Assembly (NCBI RefSeq): GCF_021028975.2
Contig: NC_059431.1
Coordinates: 28,272,001 to 28,336,000 of the forward strand
DNA: 64,000 bases
Direction: 5' to 3'
Source of the DNA: Sphaerodactylus townsendi
Lineage: Eukaryota
The translations under genes and the position numbers were made by a program. The notes under the pieces were generated by a model, which was not told the origin of the DNA, made no database searches, and saw only the letters and a list, made by a program, of their open reading frames with translations. Shown here piece after piece: positions 1-13,030 of the stretch (positions within the stretch are counted from its first letter, which is position 1; each line of letters opens with the position of its first letter).

Positions 1-756
1 CCTACCTTAATAGGAAAGGACCACAGTGACCTTTACAGTGGAAGAAAACCTATTTTATACGTAGATATAGATAGTTCCAATAAATCACCCTGTAATTTTT
101 TAAAAAATGAGAATACTGAGAATTTCCAATTTATAAAAATTAATTAGTTTAATAATTTTGAATTTGGATTGCTATATTTGGGAGGTTAACAGGACTGGTA
201 TGGTTTAATTTTGCTTTCTGCTAGTTATTTTAATGCTCTTTACCTTTATTTTCTCTTTAATTACTGGATGTTGGTTTGATACTTTTGTTCATTGTGATTA
301 CAGTGCTTTGAATTTTTGAGAATACTTTTTATTACACATGCATTTGAGATTCTATTATAATGTAAGCCATTTAGGGACTATTCTGTGCCTCAAGTATATA
401 AATAGTTTAAATAAATAGCAAAAAAAACAGCACTTCATAGAATTAAACATCTCAGCTAGGCCAATACTATTACCGTAAATACCCAATAATATAATAACCA
501 TAACTGTAATTCCTGTCTGAAAAAAGAACCTCACAGAAAAATCTATCCCAATTAAATGATGCATTTGAAGAAATCATTAAAAGGGTCCTAATTTGCACAA
601 TTCATTCCAGTGACAGAGTAACAAGTCTGGGAATTTTCTTAATGCAGTAGAGAGGCCTTATACTTTATCTGTGCCATTTTTGAGAAAAAGGTTTTTCAAG
701 TTCTGTTTTTATATAAAAAGGTAGTGTTTGATGTCAGAAGATGAAACCAAACTTAC

Positions 757-876
757 AGTAATCATTGCGTAAACCACTTATGTGAAACCTAATTTCTGGC
801 TCCAAAGGCTGACATTTGTCTGTGCTCGCAGAAATGCCATGAGCATCATGCTCGGTCTTAGTTCCATCCTTGCAAC
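757..876 (-). CDS. CDC20B: CDC20B exon 6 (GCKDG...LEPEIRFHISGLRNDY); gene continues beyond the window start
   Basis: Matches human CKDG...QPEVKIHITGLRNDYY at the start of the WD40 region; TTTCAG acceptor, GTAAGT donor; 120 nt, phase 1/1. Confidence 0.92.
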
Positions 877-2367
877 CTGAAAGTATCAATTAAGAGGATA
901 AAAATGTAATTGCTCAGATTGCATCTGGTGGGCCACTGCGAGTAGCAGAGTGCTGGACTAGATGGACTCTGGTCTGATCCAGCAGGCTTGTTCTTTTGTT
1001 CTCATAATAATCAATCATATACTCCTATCATGCATATTTACAATCCCCAGAAAGTTCTAAGGGAAGCCCATGCATAAAGAAAAGGTCAAATGCACAACCA
1101 CTGTGAAAATGTAGAAAATGCTAAAGACCAATCCTCCGGATTCAGTGCCCACCCCTTCCAAAATTCCTCTTCCAAGCCTATAACTGTCCTATTCAATGGA
1201 ATGGAGGGAGAAAGATCCAGGCATAAAGACCAGCGGGACATTTGCTGTGGCATTCCATATGGTCTCTGAGAAATTGCTGTCTCTGGCAAATTGCACAGCG
1301 GCCCTTTCCGCACAACCCAATAAAACGTTTTGAGGCAGAAAATAAAACATTTCCTCTGTGGAGTTTCACATGGTCTTTAACCTCAAAACACTTTATTTGC
1401 ACGTTGCTCCCAAGCTATTCTTTTTAAAAAATAGTTCTCTGGAAGTGTCTTCTTTGTAAAACCGTTCTCACTTGCTGCGTGGTGGTTCTTTAAACATTTC
1501 CCATGCTGCTGTGCAGTCCCTAGACTTTCTCATTGATGCCATTTTCTGAGCTCGCACCAGCCGTCATGAGGGTTGTGTCTACTTAGCTATGACCCTGACA
1601 TCTTACTGACGGCTGGTGCTTAATTTTAATGCAAAGAAAAGTTTAGGTCTTGTAATGACATAGAATTTTAAATTTCAGTAAACTTCAGTTCTCTTCCCTT
1701 CACTTTGCACACATCTATCAAAAAAATAAAATCCAGGCATTATGTTCCAGTTCGTATTTTCACAGACTGTAAAGTGTCTGTAACGTGTCTCATTTAAATT
1801 GGTTTCAGTATCTTTCAAAGTATTTGTTGTCTCATGAGGCTTCTTGCGATACCTCTGGAACCTCAAAACCCAAGAGATGTCTAAAATATTCTATAAACTG
1901 ATGCAGCTGTTGGTTTAAGTTCCCATCAAAGAGACCCCCTAAATGCAAAACTCTCAGGAAATGGCTAACCACATCACACCTATCTTTTGCATCTTTGATC
2001 AACACCATCTATGAAGAAAATAGCATGACTAATGGAAAAAGGCCAAAAGACTTAGGAACAGCAAGCAGATCAGTTAGCCTTGAAATGGCTATTTGCTGCT
2101 AAGATATCATGGCCTAGACGTCACCATTTTGATTACATTTTAGTAGATTATTTTTGCAACCTGGTATTGTTTGGTCTACAGAAATTATTACGGAGAGCAT
2201 GAAAGCAAGGGTTTGAATGTTCCTTCTGTTCATGGGGGGCACTTGCTAAGAATATTCCATATTCAAAATAAAGTGCAATAGAACATACAGCTGATTAGGA
2301 AAACATATAGCTGGTTAGGAAACACATCATAAAACAAGATGCTACACAAACAGTGTAAATAAATGGC

Positions 2368-2570
2368 AGGGTGGGGCATGACTCAGTGGCAGAGCACCTG
2401 CTTTGCATTCAGGAAGGTCCCGGGTTTAATCCCAGCATCTCCAGTTCAAAAGGATCGAGTGATATCAAAGACCTCCACCTAAGACCATACAGAGCTGCCG
2501 CCAGTCTGACTGAACAATACAGACCTGGATAAACAAAATGGTCTGACTCAGTATAAGGCAGCTTCATGGG
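2368..2570 (+). mobile_element. tRNA(Ala-like)-derived SINE
   Basis: GACTCAGTGGCAGAGCACCTGCTTTGCA..GTCCCGGGTTTAATCCC head; related copies at about 8030-8230 (minus) and 18216-18410. Confidence 0.65.
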
Positions 2571-3525
2571 CTGCTATGAGATGGATGAAGGCTCAAATGC
2601 AGAACATGTTCTTCATATATTGTAGGCCTCAGGCTCCGTTATCCAGCATATCTACCCGATGTATTTTAGGCTTGGGAGGAGGGCCATTCTGCAACCCTAC
2701 CCAATCTCACAGTCAAAATTTATCACGAAAAAAGGTCATTTGGTCTGAAACGGGCCATTATTCATTCACTCAGTCTTTACGGAGAACCCAAAAGATAATC
2801 TAGTCAACCTGTGTTTTCTACGTCGTTTTTCAGCGTTTCTTTCAGTATTTTTCTTAGATAATTGGTATTCTCCAGAAATGGCTGGGTATTTGGAGTGATA
2901 TTCAGTATTTGTGGGATACGAGTAACTGGGCCCTGAATACTTTGGAAATATTCAGACACATCTGGAGCATTTTAAGGCTCCTAGGCTTGTTTACAGGTTT
3001 GACAGGCAATGACAACCATGACTATTTTCTCACAGGCTTCAATGGCTCTCTGAGCATGGGCAAAGAGGATTAAAAATCAGGCCTACCTATCGGTTCCCTA
3101 AATGAAATATTTTGTATGGTTTGTTTTTAATAAACTGAATAAAACTTTATTTAAAATTATTGTCTTGGTGGTGCAGAGTGTTTGCTGCGGCTGCTGCTCT
3201 AGTCTGGTCTGGACCTTGGAGTTCCGTTGCCCACTGCTGATTGCAGTTCTGCTTGGCTTCTGTGGTTTGACACGGGCTCTCTCGGACCTGTAACGGTGCT
3301 CCTTTCAAGTTGGTTTGGCTTGGATTCTTGGGTTTGACACTGGTTATGGTGAGCTTTCCACATCACCCATATCACTGCTTGCTGGGATTCTTTGGTTTCA
3401 CATCGCTTCTGATTGGGATTGTTGGTTCATTTTTTCAATTGGATATTTTTGACCAGTGGTTGCTCTTTCGTGTTTGACTATTGGCTTTATGGATTATTTT
3501 CTCCATAGGAAACAATGGATATAGA

Positions 3526-3527
<2 letters not shown>

Positions 3528-3585
<58 letters not shown>

Positions 3586-3619
3586 AAGCATGTGTGAGGA
3601 GGAGGCAGGAGGATGGTGA

Positions 3620-3686
<67 letters not shown>
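3528..3686. repeat. Compound microsatellite (AT)n...(CT)n(AT)n
   Basis: Directly visible. Confidence 0.95.
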
Positions 3687-3687
<1 letters not shown>

Positions 3688-4203
3688 GAAATAATAGGAT
3701 GACTGGGGGTCTTTTGTTCAAGGGGCCGTTGAACTGGACTCCTTGATCTAATTCACTTGAAACTTGGGCAGAACTTTAGTGAACAGGCAGGACTAAGTTC
3801 TTTGCAAGGTTTGTGCAGTATTCTTGGCGGGGGGGGGGGGGGGGAAAGGGGCCCCTGAATGTATGGCTACCAATCTTGATCCTTCTGGATCTGAGATTGC
3901 AAATGCCTTAGCAGACCAGGTGCTCGGGAGCAGCAGCAGGCCGTTGCTTTCACATCCTGCATGTGAGCTCCCAAAGGCACCTGGTGGGCCACTGCAAGTA
4001 GCAGAGGGCTGGACTAGATGGACTCTGGTCTGATCCGGCAGGCTCTTTCTTATGTTCTTACGAAAAAGGGTGTCTTCCTAGGGGTCCCCAAAAAATCAGA
4101 ATTGCAGCAAATCCAAATTTTGATTACTGATATGGAAATCATTCCCAAAATCTGAATCCAACAAATGCTTACTTTGTTGTCAAGTGCACATCCCTAACCA
4201 TAC

Positions 4204-4303
4204 CTTTCCAAAGGCACTCAGGTTTCTCACAGATGTTCAAGCCCGTTTTTTCTGAAATGCCATGCCTGTTCTCTTCAGTGATCATCATCTGATGGAGACA
4301 TTT
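4204..4303 (-). CDS. CDC20B: CDC20B exon 5 (KCLHQMMITEE...NICEKPECLWKG)
   Basis: Matches human KCLKQLFVTQ...QLCEQSECVWKG; TTTCTTGCAG acceptor, GTATGG donor; 100 nt, phase 0/1. Confidence 0.9.
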
Positions 4304-4559
4304 CTGCAAGAAAGTGGATACAAAAATATTACTTGTCAGAGAAACAGAAACTTTCCCTGCAATCCCACTCTCCACGTAGCTAGGGTTGCTTCCATACATA
4401 GGCCATTTCCAGATGTTATTGTTTATGATGTGATTGATATGCTGATTCAGAGCCAGTGTAACCCAACACAAAGGTATTCAGATGGGGGATAGATGAAAAT
4501 TCCTCTTCCCATTGCCTCTAGTTCACACGGACCAATGGCATGGGTGTTAGAAGGTTTAT

Positions 4560-5097
4560 CTGTTGATTCGTTTTGTCATCAAGTTGCTGCTGACTTATGG
4601 CCACCTGTAAGGTTTTCAAGGCAAGAGAGGTCCAGAGATGGTCTGCCATTGCCAGCCTCTGCTTAGCAACCCGGGACTTACTTGGTGCTCTTCCATCCAA
4701 ATAGGAACTAAGGAGCAGCAGTGGCGTAGGAGGTTAAGAGCTCATGTATCTAATCTGGAGGAATCGGGTTTGATTCCCAGCTCTGCCGCCTGAGCTGTGG
4801 AGGCTTATCTGGGGAATTCAGATTAGCCTGTACACTACCTCCACTCCACCGCCAGCGCTGGGTGACAGCAATTGGAGGGCTAGTCACAGCTTCTCGGAGC
4901 TCTCTCAGCCCCACCTACCTCACAGGGTGTTTGTTGTGAGGGGGGAAGGGCAAGGAGATTGTAAGCCCCTTTGAGTCTCCTGCAGGAGAGAAAGGGGGAT
5001 ATAAATCCAAACTCTTCTTCCTCTTCTAACCAGGGCTGATCATGCTCAGCTTCCAAGATCTGATGATTGGACTAGGCTGGGCTATCCATGTCAGGGC
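4560..5097 (-). mobile_element. 5S rRNA-derived SINE with RTE/Sauria-like tail (5S-Sauria-like), interrupted
   Basis: Head resembles 5S rRNA (GATCTTGGAAGCTGAGC..CCCTGGTTAG); tail CTCTTGCCTTGAAAACC; other copies at 27700-27870, 48385-48560 and 55530-55930. Confidence 0.65.
4712..5026 (+). mobile_element. tRNA-derived SINE (Squam3-like, (CTT)n tail) nested in a 5S-derived SINE
   Basis: A/B-box-like head (CAGTGGCGTAGGAGG...GGTTTGATTCCC) and CTT tail; near-identical inverted copy at 5781-6074. Confidence 0.8.
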
Positions 5098-5318
5098 ATG
5101 GTAGGTTATAGATATTCTTTAACAACACTGGTATTTCATAATTAATACAATAAGAAAAATCTCTTTAGAAACATATTTTTTTGTTTCAGAGGATTTGTCT
5201 TGCTGATGCTTCTATCAGCAGGATCTTAAAATCTCCTAATTCTTCCTGTAGCAGAAACTGGGGATCCATCCATAGGTGAAAGGGGACTTCATTTGAACTA
5301 GAATGTTATATTACATAC

Positions 5319-5413
5319 CTGTTTCTCTCTTTCACTTCCTTCATTCAAATGAGTGGTATTAGTAAATATAATGGGTTCACAGACAGTGGTTTCAGTTAGC
5401 CTCCTAGAAGACG
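5319..5413 (-). CDS. CDC20B: CDC20B exon 4 (ASSRRLTETTVCEPIIFTNTTHLNEGSEREKQ)
   Basis: Pyrimidine tract plus CAG, GTATGT donor; 95 nt, phase 1/0, exactly bridging exons 3 and 5; protein similarity weak. Confidence 0.78.
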
Positions 5414-5780
5414 CTGGAAGACAGAATTATATATAATTGTCAAATATCCTCTTTATAAAGCTAATGTTGGTCAATTTATGCTTGCCAATGCACAATCATG
5501 AGCAGAGCTTTGACTGCAGTACTGCAGTTTACCTTCCTGTACCACAGAGTTTGTCCCTTTAATAGGATGTTATTGGCCAGGTGATGTGATTTTCTTCCCT
5601 GCCTTTAAAAGCTTCTGCTGCCCATTTTCACACATTAAGTCTCTATTAAAGCGACAGAATACTTTTCAGCAGGACTGTTGGCAACCTAATTTTCCATGCC
5701 AGGTTTAGCAGTGCCCTGGGGGAGTGCAAATGGAATCAGGGTTAGCTGCTCCAGGTGAAGGCAGCGGGCAGAGATGGCAA

Positions 5781-6074
5781 AGAAGAAGAAGAAGAGTTTG
5801 GATTTATATCCCCCTTTCTCTCCTGCAGGAGACTCAAAGGGGCTTACAATCTCCTTCCCTTCCCCCCTCACAACAAACACCCTGTGAGGTAGGTGGGGCT
5901 GAGAGAGCTCCGAGAAGCTGTGACTAGCCCAAGGTCACCCAGCTGGCGTGTGTGGGAGTGTACAGGCTAATCTGAATTCCCCAGATAAGCCTCCACAGCT
6001 CAGGCGGCAGAGCGGGGAATCAAACCCGGTTCCTCCAGATTAGATACACGAGCTCTTAGCCTCCTACGCCACTG
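5781..6074 (-). mobile_element. tRNA-derived SINE (Squam3-like), young copy
   Basis: Reverse complement of 4712-5026; GAA tail; older relatives near 15254-15500, 25480-25670, 49488-49720, 52990-53226 and 54310-54650. Confidence 0.8.
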
Positions 6075-7100
6075 TGTAGGATACAGCAGTTTCAGGCAGC
6101 ACCCTTTGCCAACCTGCCATTTTGATGGGTGCTGTGTCACTCGCTCAGATCACTGCTCACCCCACGTTAGTGTATTATCATGACTTTGAACAGGAGATCA
6201 CCAAGGAAGTCCAGGCACAGACAATGACAAACCACCTCTGAACCTCTCTAGCCTTGAAAACTCTATGTGGTTGCCATAAGTCTGCTGCAACTTGATGCTA
6301 AAAAAAAATACTATCTAAAACAATTATGTTCAACCAAATTTCCTGCAATGGGATGTACATATATTCCTAGATGCCTGTTTGTTTGTTTTTTGCTTCCTGT
6401 ATTCTGAAACTTTCATATAGTTTTTTTGCCAGCAGTTCTCCTTGCATTTTCCTTGCCCCAGCCCTCTACAGCTGTCATTCCCCCTCCCTGTACCTAATGT
6501 TTAGGTCTTTAAAAAGGTAAGCAATTGCTAAATCACTTGCCACCATCTGCTACTTTCTCTGAATTCTTGGTTTTTGTTCAAAACAAAGCAAAACAGAAGG
6601 CTCTAGTTCTGATTGTTGCAGAGGTATAAGAAGTGCTCTTTATTTCTATTTAGCAATTGCAGGATTTACTGTTTTAAGAAAAAGAAGCAGCCCTATCTGG
6701 TGAGGCAGGAGGAAATTGTAGTGGGGAGAGGGAAGTGGCTGAGGCAGGGGGTAGATGTGGGCTGAGAGTTCAAAAAATGAGCATCTTGCCTTCCATGTGG
6801 CCTGCCAAAGCTCTTTGGCTGCAACTTTCCAAAAATATTCGATTTGCAAAAGATTCAGCAAAATAGGAGACATCCCACAAAACAGACACTTGGTGACTGT
6901 CCTGTGGACGCAACAAGACAAACCACGGCTGTTTGGATACCAAACTGTATCAAAACCTCCATGTCAAAGCAATCATTATCAAATTCAGTTGGAGTGCAGA
7001 AGCAGAATTTGGGTGTGTTTTGATATTTGTTAATTTTGAGCTAACGGGTGACAATGACAAGTTCTTTGCTTAGGATCTACCAGCCATCATTGCTACTGAC

Positions 7101-7323
7101 CTGGGATTGTTGTGATCTTTCCAAATGACTCTGTGAAATCAGATCTGTCTTCCAAGATAGAAAATTCGGATGTACCACATTCTTGAAAAGTCTGCTCTGC
7201 CTGCTTTCCAGTGCACTCCTGCTGCCACCTTGTGGCAATTGGGCTACTAGCAACAGGAATTTGGGATGCCAGTTTCTTCACAATGCAACTTTTAAATTGT
7301 GAGTATGAGGTCTTGCCTGGTGT
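7101..7323 (-). CDS. CDC20B: CDC20B exon 3 (TPGKTSYSQFKSCIVKKLASQIPVASSPIATRWQQ...)
   Basis: Matches human ATYSDFKSNFAKRLSAEVPVASSPITTRWQQ; CAG acceptor, GTCAGT donor; 223 nt, phase 0/1. Confidence 0.92.
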
Positions 7324-10010
7324 CTGTTTAAAAATAAACAAACTTTTGGTGTGGTATTTAAAATTTTAATGATTTTTATATTCTTAAAACACCTATAAGT
7401 TGCTGGTGGAGGCAAATATGTTTCCAACAAAATATGTTTCTAACAAAAGTTTATTAGCAAGATAATACTGAATCCTGTTTCAAATATAAATGAAAACACA
7501 ATGATTAGCTAGTGGAGTAAGAATTCAGCTGCTTCATATAGTCCATTTCTGGACTATATGTCAAAACAACTACAAATTAAAATGAATTAAAATAGAATTG
7601 TAGGAATCAGGAAGTAGCATTTCAAACTAAAGTAATGAATTGATTTGTAATTTACCTCCCACCTTTGCCCTTCTCTTTTCTTTCCCTTTTTTGTAAGTAA
7701 CTTTGTTTAAAGAACAATATTAAGTTTAAGTTTAATAGATTTAGCTCAAAATGCCACCTTAATTTAGAAGATGTAGAAGGACTTCATAGATGAGAAAGAG
7801 GGAATTTGTTGCCTTTCCTCTTTGAATATGAATGTAAAAAATAATTCACTGTGTAAGAAATGTAAGAAATAATTCCCCCAAATTCTTGAACTCTTGATTA
7901 ATTTTGAAAGTGGAATTTTGTAATGTTGAGTTTAATGATGGTATTAAATAAAAATGAATTTAAAGAAAATAATTCAGATGCTTCCACAAGGAGGTTGCTG
8001 GAAGATCTTGGGCTAGTCAACCCAACCCATGAGCATGTGATGCTGCCTCACACTGAGTCCACTGGTCTATCAAGGGCAGTCTCCTCAGACAGACAGCAGC
8101 TCTCCAGATTCTCAAGCACAGGTTCTCAGTCACCTGCTACCTGGTTCTTTTAACTAGCGATGCCAGGGATTTAAGTTAAGACCTTCTACAGCCAAAGCAG
8201 ATGCTCAGTCACTGAACCGCACAATGCCTCACTTTCCTTCCTGCCTTTCTCACAGAGTGGTTGTTGTGAGGATAAAATGGAGGTGACAACAATGTCATAA
8301 CCAACTGCGGTCCCCATGGGGGAGAAAAAGCAGTGCTTAACTATCTAAATAAATCACCCAACAAATGAATATAAGCATTTGGGGTATGGATCTGAACTGT
8401 AGCTTTGCCATAACAACAACAGCTAGATCCATTGTGAGCATAAATTGTCTTAATTTTTTTTTAAAGGAAGCTTTTCTAACACAGTGAACACAGATGTGAG
8501 TGAAGAACAGACTACATGGAATATGCAGCAAGGCCTTGGAATAAAATTAGGGAAGTTAAAACTACACAAGAGCATTTGTTTTTTTATAAATGGAATGATG
8601 GTGGATATCTGATGACTTAGTGTTTGCTGCATGAATGTCTACTCCATAACTTTTCATCTACTTTCTTTGTCCTCTTGCTATGGTGGACTCTGGCTATAGA
8701 TAGTCAAGTTCTTACAGCCTTTACCTAGGCTGTATCTAGGGTTACTTATCTCCAGGTCGGCCTGGAGTTCCCCCAAAATTATGACTGATCTCCAGACTAC
8801 AGAGATCAGCTACCCTGGAGAAAACGGCAGCTCAGTGGGTAGACTCTATCTAAAGACAGCAGTCAATAAAATCAAATAAAGTGGTGGAAGTACAGAAGTA
8901 CATAAATACATTAAATGCCTTGTGAGCTATACTGTGTTAGGTCGATTCCCCAAGGTGTGATACTCACGTGAATAAACACAATTTAAGCAAGAACTCCCCA
9001 CCACTTAAGTGCCAAACACGGATTCATCCCGGTTTACGCGCTCCCCCTTATCCCACTTTTTTTTCAGAACCTGCATTGAAGTGCATCTTTTCCCCCAATC
9101 ACGCTCCGAAGCCGGATCAGTGGGGAGAAACAGGGGACAGACGCGGTTTATTCTTCCCATCCTTCGAACCTTCCAGCCAATCAGAGCACAGTGGGCTGTG
9201 TGCAGAGCGCACACAGCCTTTTTTTGTGCCGCGCTGGGCGTGGCTACGAAGGAATGTAAGCAGGAAGCTACAGTATAATGATTTTGATAAATTGTTTATG
9301 CGTGGCTCCGTTCGAATGTAAAAACGAGAAGAAGACTAACATGAATTTTCAATCAGGGGAGGAGTAGTGTTCCCTCTCCTGCACAATAGCCAATCAGAAG
9401 GTGGAGAAATTCTGCCTACACATCTACGTAATGACGTAGCTGCATGAAAAAAAAGTTTTTTTAAAAGTGCCCCAACACAACACAACAGCCAATCAGGACG
9501 AGGAAGAACAGACCTGCTGAGCAGATTGCGTGTTCGTGGGGAGTGTTGCATTGCTTGAATCCACGATAGACATCGAGGTCTTCACTAGACACACGCTGCA
9601 GTGGGGAGGGAGAAACCATGATGGAAAGGTGCTGTTTCTTTTGAAACCTGCTTGTATCCGGCTTTAATTTCTCAGTGGGGAAATGGCCACAGTGTGAAAG
9701 AGGAAAGGAAAGAAACACCTCGCTTTGCTACTGGACTCTACAAACAACAGACTCTGTCAAACATGCAGCATATATATTTTCACAAACTGATACCTAGAAT
9801 TCATATTATTGCCATTAGGATGTTTCCCACATCATAAGCTTGTTATAAGAGCAGATTTCTGTCCTTAGAACATTAAGCAAAATATAAGATTCAGAGAAGG
9901 ACAGAGCAGCCAGTAGATTTCTTTAAAAAATTCTGAGTTGCTGTGGGTTTCAAGTTTCAGCTCCTCCTCACATTCCAGGCCTGCTGAGACTTCCCCTAAA
10001 ATTCTCCAAA

Positions 10011-10223
10011 ATGGAGCTGCCTCTGCCTCTTACGGCGTATTCTTTCAAACACTCTTTGCTAAAGCCCCGGATTTTAATTGTTTTCCTTTCCATGCTTTTA
10101 TTCACAACCATGCTGGGCCTACTGCAGCTGAAATTCTTAAAAGCCAAAGTCAAAGACTTTTATTCTTTTGAAGTGAAAGATATGAAGGGGAGAACCATTT
10201 CCTTGGAGAAGTACAGAGGCAAA
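10011..10223 (+). CDS. GPX8: GPX8 exon 1 (N-terminal membrane anchor, ...LLQLKFLK...FYSFEVKDMKGRTISLEKYRGK)
   Basis: ATG 10011; hydrophobic stretch; glutathione peroxidase N-terminal motif; GTAAGT donor; nested antisense in CDC20B intron 2. Confidence 0.96.
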
Positions 10224-10991
10224 GTAAGTAGCATCTTTTGTTTCTGAAATCCTTTCAGCCACTTGTAGCAATTGCTCCTTTCGTAGCATGATAGCCTTTT
10301 GCAGGGCCGGGAGAGACAGTTGGAAAACTGTTAGACGGTAGACACTGAACATGGGCATTCTGCCTTTGTGGGGTGGAAGGGGGACTGCCACATTTCAAAA
10401 GCAAAATAACTGTTTCATAATATTTGCTAACGTGTACAGGGAAAAACTCCAACAAAGGCAGCAGGGCAATCTGTGAACACCAAAAGCTGAGGGTAATGAG
10501 GGAAGGACTGTTATTAGTAAGAATAGTGAGAATTGCCAGAAGCATCTCAGTGTTAGGTTGACCTTTGGACTGATCCAGCAGACCAGCTCATATGTAACTC
10601 TGTATGACACTTTTTCTGCAATTTAATTACAGATGCAGGAGAGAGCTTTGTGATCCAATCGACCTGAGTTGCTAAATGTGCATAATTAATACTTTTGGAT
10701 TCTTTTGAAATTTTTACCATGAACCTTAATAGTCTTATCCTTCAATAATTGTATGTATTACTGCAAACACCAGAAATTGGAGGTTGTTATTATTGGGTGC
10801 AATCTAGTCAACATTAAAGTCCTACTTATTTCAGTGGGAAAGACATGCTGCCTAGTGCTACTGAAGGGGCATTTGGGGGGGATTCATTCTAACAACTGAA
10901 ATTAACAGGCTGGGAAGTTATAAGCTTGCTATCAGCCCGAGCTGCAACTCACCCGTTCTTTCCAATGGTTCTGTTTTCTCTCTGTCTCAAG

Positions 10992-11253
10992 GCATCTCTG
11001 GTTGTAAACGTGGCTAGCCGCTGCCAGCACACAGACAAAAATTACATCATGCTACAGGAACTGCACAGAGAGTTTGGGCCCTCTCACTTCACAGTGCTGG
11101 CCTTCCCATGCAATCAGTTTGGGGAATCAGAGCCGGGAACAAACCAAGAAATCAGCGCATTTGCAAAAACAAATTATGGAGTCACTTTCCCCGTTTTCAG
11201 CAAAATAAAGATTCTTGGATCAGAAGCATTGCCAGCATTTAAATTTCTGATAG
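10992..11253 (+). CDS. GPX8: GPX8 exon 2 (catalytic [23 protein letters not shown])
   Basis: GPx signature motifs with Cys (TGC) instead of Sec; AAG acceptor, GTAAGC donor; 262 nt. Confidence 0.97.
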
Positions 11254-11655
11254 GTAAGCATGTATGTGAAAAGTCTTTTTTTTTTCCTAATTGAGGGGAT
11301 GCACACAGCCTCCTAAGATTTGGGGTATATAAGTTCATTTTGAACTATAAATCTTCCCCTGAGTTTCCAGGTATTCTTCAAGTAGCAAGTATACTGCTGT
11401 GAGGTAAGTTTTGTGGAGCACAAGGAGATGAGTGAAATCGCTAAGGCTGGATTAATATACAAACAACTGAGAAGATGTATTTACAGGCTGGTTTCAAAGA
11501 AACAAACCAGCAGCATAGGGCTCCAGGTAAAGAAAGGAGAAACCTGGCTGGGGCACAACAATTTAAACTGGTTATGACTTCAGAAAGTAGTTAGACTTTT
11601 CTAAAATGCTTTCAGGTGCTGTGGCAGAACAGGGCTGCTTTGACCTGCAGGCTCT

Positions 11656-11929
11656 GGGCGTTTCCCCACTTGCCACGACCCCCCGTATGCCCCGTGCTGC
11701 TCTCAGCACGCGTCATTTCTGGCGTGCGCCCAGGCTTCCCCACGCTCTGCGCAGGGTCGTCAAAAGGCGCCGTTTGGAAGAGCGCCAGGAATGACGCACG
11801 CTGAGGGGGCGCCACAGTGGCAGCGTCGGGGTGGCTGCGTTGTCGCCGCCCCTGTAGTGGGGAGTGCCGGGGGACCCCGCGCTACTTGCCTACAGTAGCG
11901 GAGGGCAGAAGGTAAGTGGGAAAAGGCCC
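11656..11929. mobile_element. GC-rich Harbinger-like MITE (opposite orientation to the 19818 copy)
   Basis: TIRs, TCT duplication, internal similarity to the 19818 and 43217 copies. Confidence 0.75.
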
Positions 11930-12499
11930 TCTGTTCCACCCAGCCCTCCCCTAAGGGTCCCAACTCCTCTTGGAAGGGCTTCTCTCTCTCTGAGGTAACT
12001 GCTGCTTCCACTTTACCTTCACAGGGATTTCCCGGTAGGGAGGGTGAGGACACCCCAGCTTGCTTTCCAATTCTGTGTCTCCCACTTCCTTCCTCCTGGA
12101 CACCATGGGGATTATTGATGGCCTGATGCACCCCTGGAGGAATAGCTACTTGCCAACTGCCAGCCTTCCCTCCCTCCTGGTGCCCCTTCATAAAATAGTG
12201 TGTCCAAGACAGTGGAGATCTGCCAGTCAGATAATTAGAAGGAAGCCCACATCAGGCTCACAGACAACAGCCCTCACCTGCACATCAGCACCTGACAATC
12301 AGAGACAGTCTGCTGCTCAATTTATTTGTCATGGCTAACAACCAGGTTAGACCTATTCTTTACAAATATGTCCAAACCCCACTCATTTTTAAATCCAGAA
12401 AATTATTTTTCTCATATCTTCAAATTTTTCAGAAGTTTTGCTTCTCTGGTACAAGTAAGCAATCATTCTGTAGAGTTTCCTTCTAATCTTTGAAATATT

Positions 12500-13030
12500 A
12501 ATCATGGAATCATGGAATTGGAAAATACCACAAGGGTCATCCAGTCCAACCCTGTGCCCTACAGGAACACAATCAAAGCACTCCTGACAAATGGCCACCC
12601 AGCCTCTGTTTAAAAACCTCCAAAGGAGACTCCACCACACTCCAAGGCAATATGTTCCACTGTCAAACAGCCCTTACCATCAAGAAGTTCCTCCTAATGT
12701 TTAGGTGGAATCTCTTTTCCTGCACCTTGAATCCATTACTCCTTGTCCTAATCTCTAGAGTACCAGAAAACAAGCTTGTTCCATTATCAACATGAGATCC
12801 CTTCAAATATTTAAGCAAAGCTATCTTGTCACCCCTTAACCTTCTGTTCTCCAGACTAAAAATACCCAGCCTCATAAATCTCTCCCTCATAGGGAATGGA
12901 TTCCAGACCTTTTACCATTTTGGTTGCTCTCCTCTGGACATGCTCCAGCTTGTCAATATTCTTCTTGAGTTGTGGTCCCAGAACTGGACACAGTATTCCA
13001 GCTGAGGTATAACCAATAGAGTGGGATAGT
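12500..13030 (-). mobile_element. CR1 LINE 3' fragment in GPX8 intron 2
   Basis: ORF 12663-12890 LGIFSLENRRLRGD...TRSNGFK...NIRRNFLMVRAV is the CR1 ORF2 C-terminus; octamer tail (ATTCCATG)n. Confidence 0.9.

Noticed and set aside
2368-2450. Possible tRNA gene (also the 5S-like sequences at 48385 and 55530)
   Set aside because: Degenerate heads continuous with SINE bodies; not intact tRNA or 5S rRNA genes
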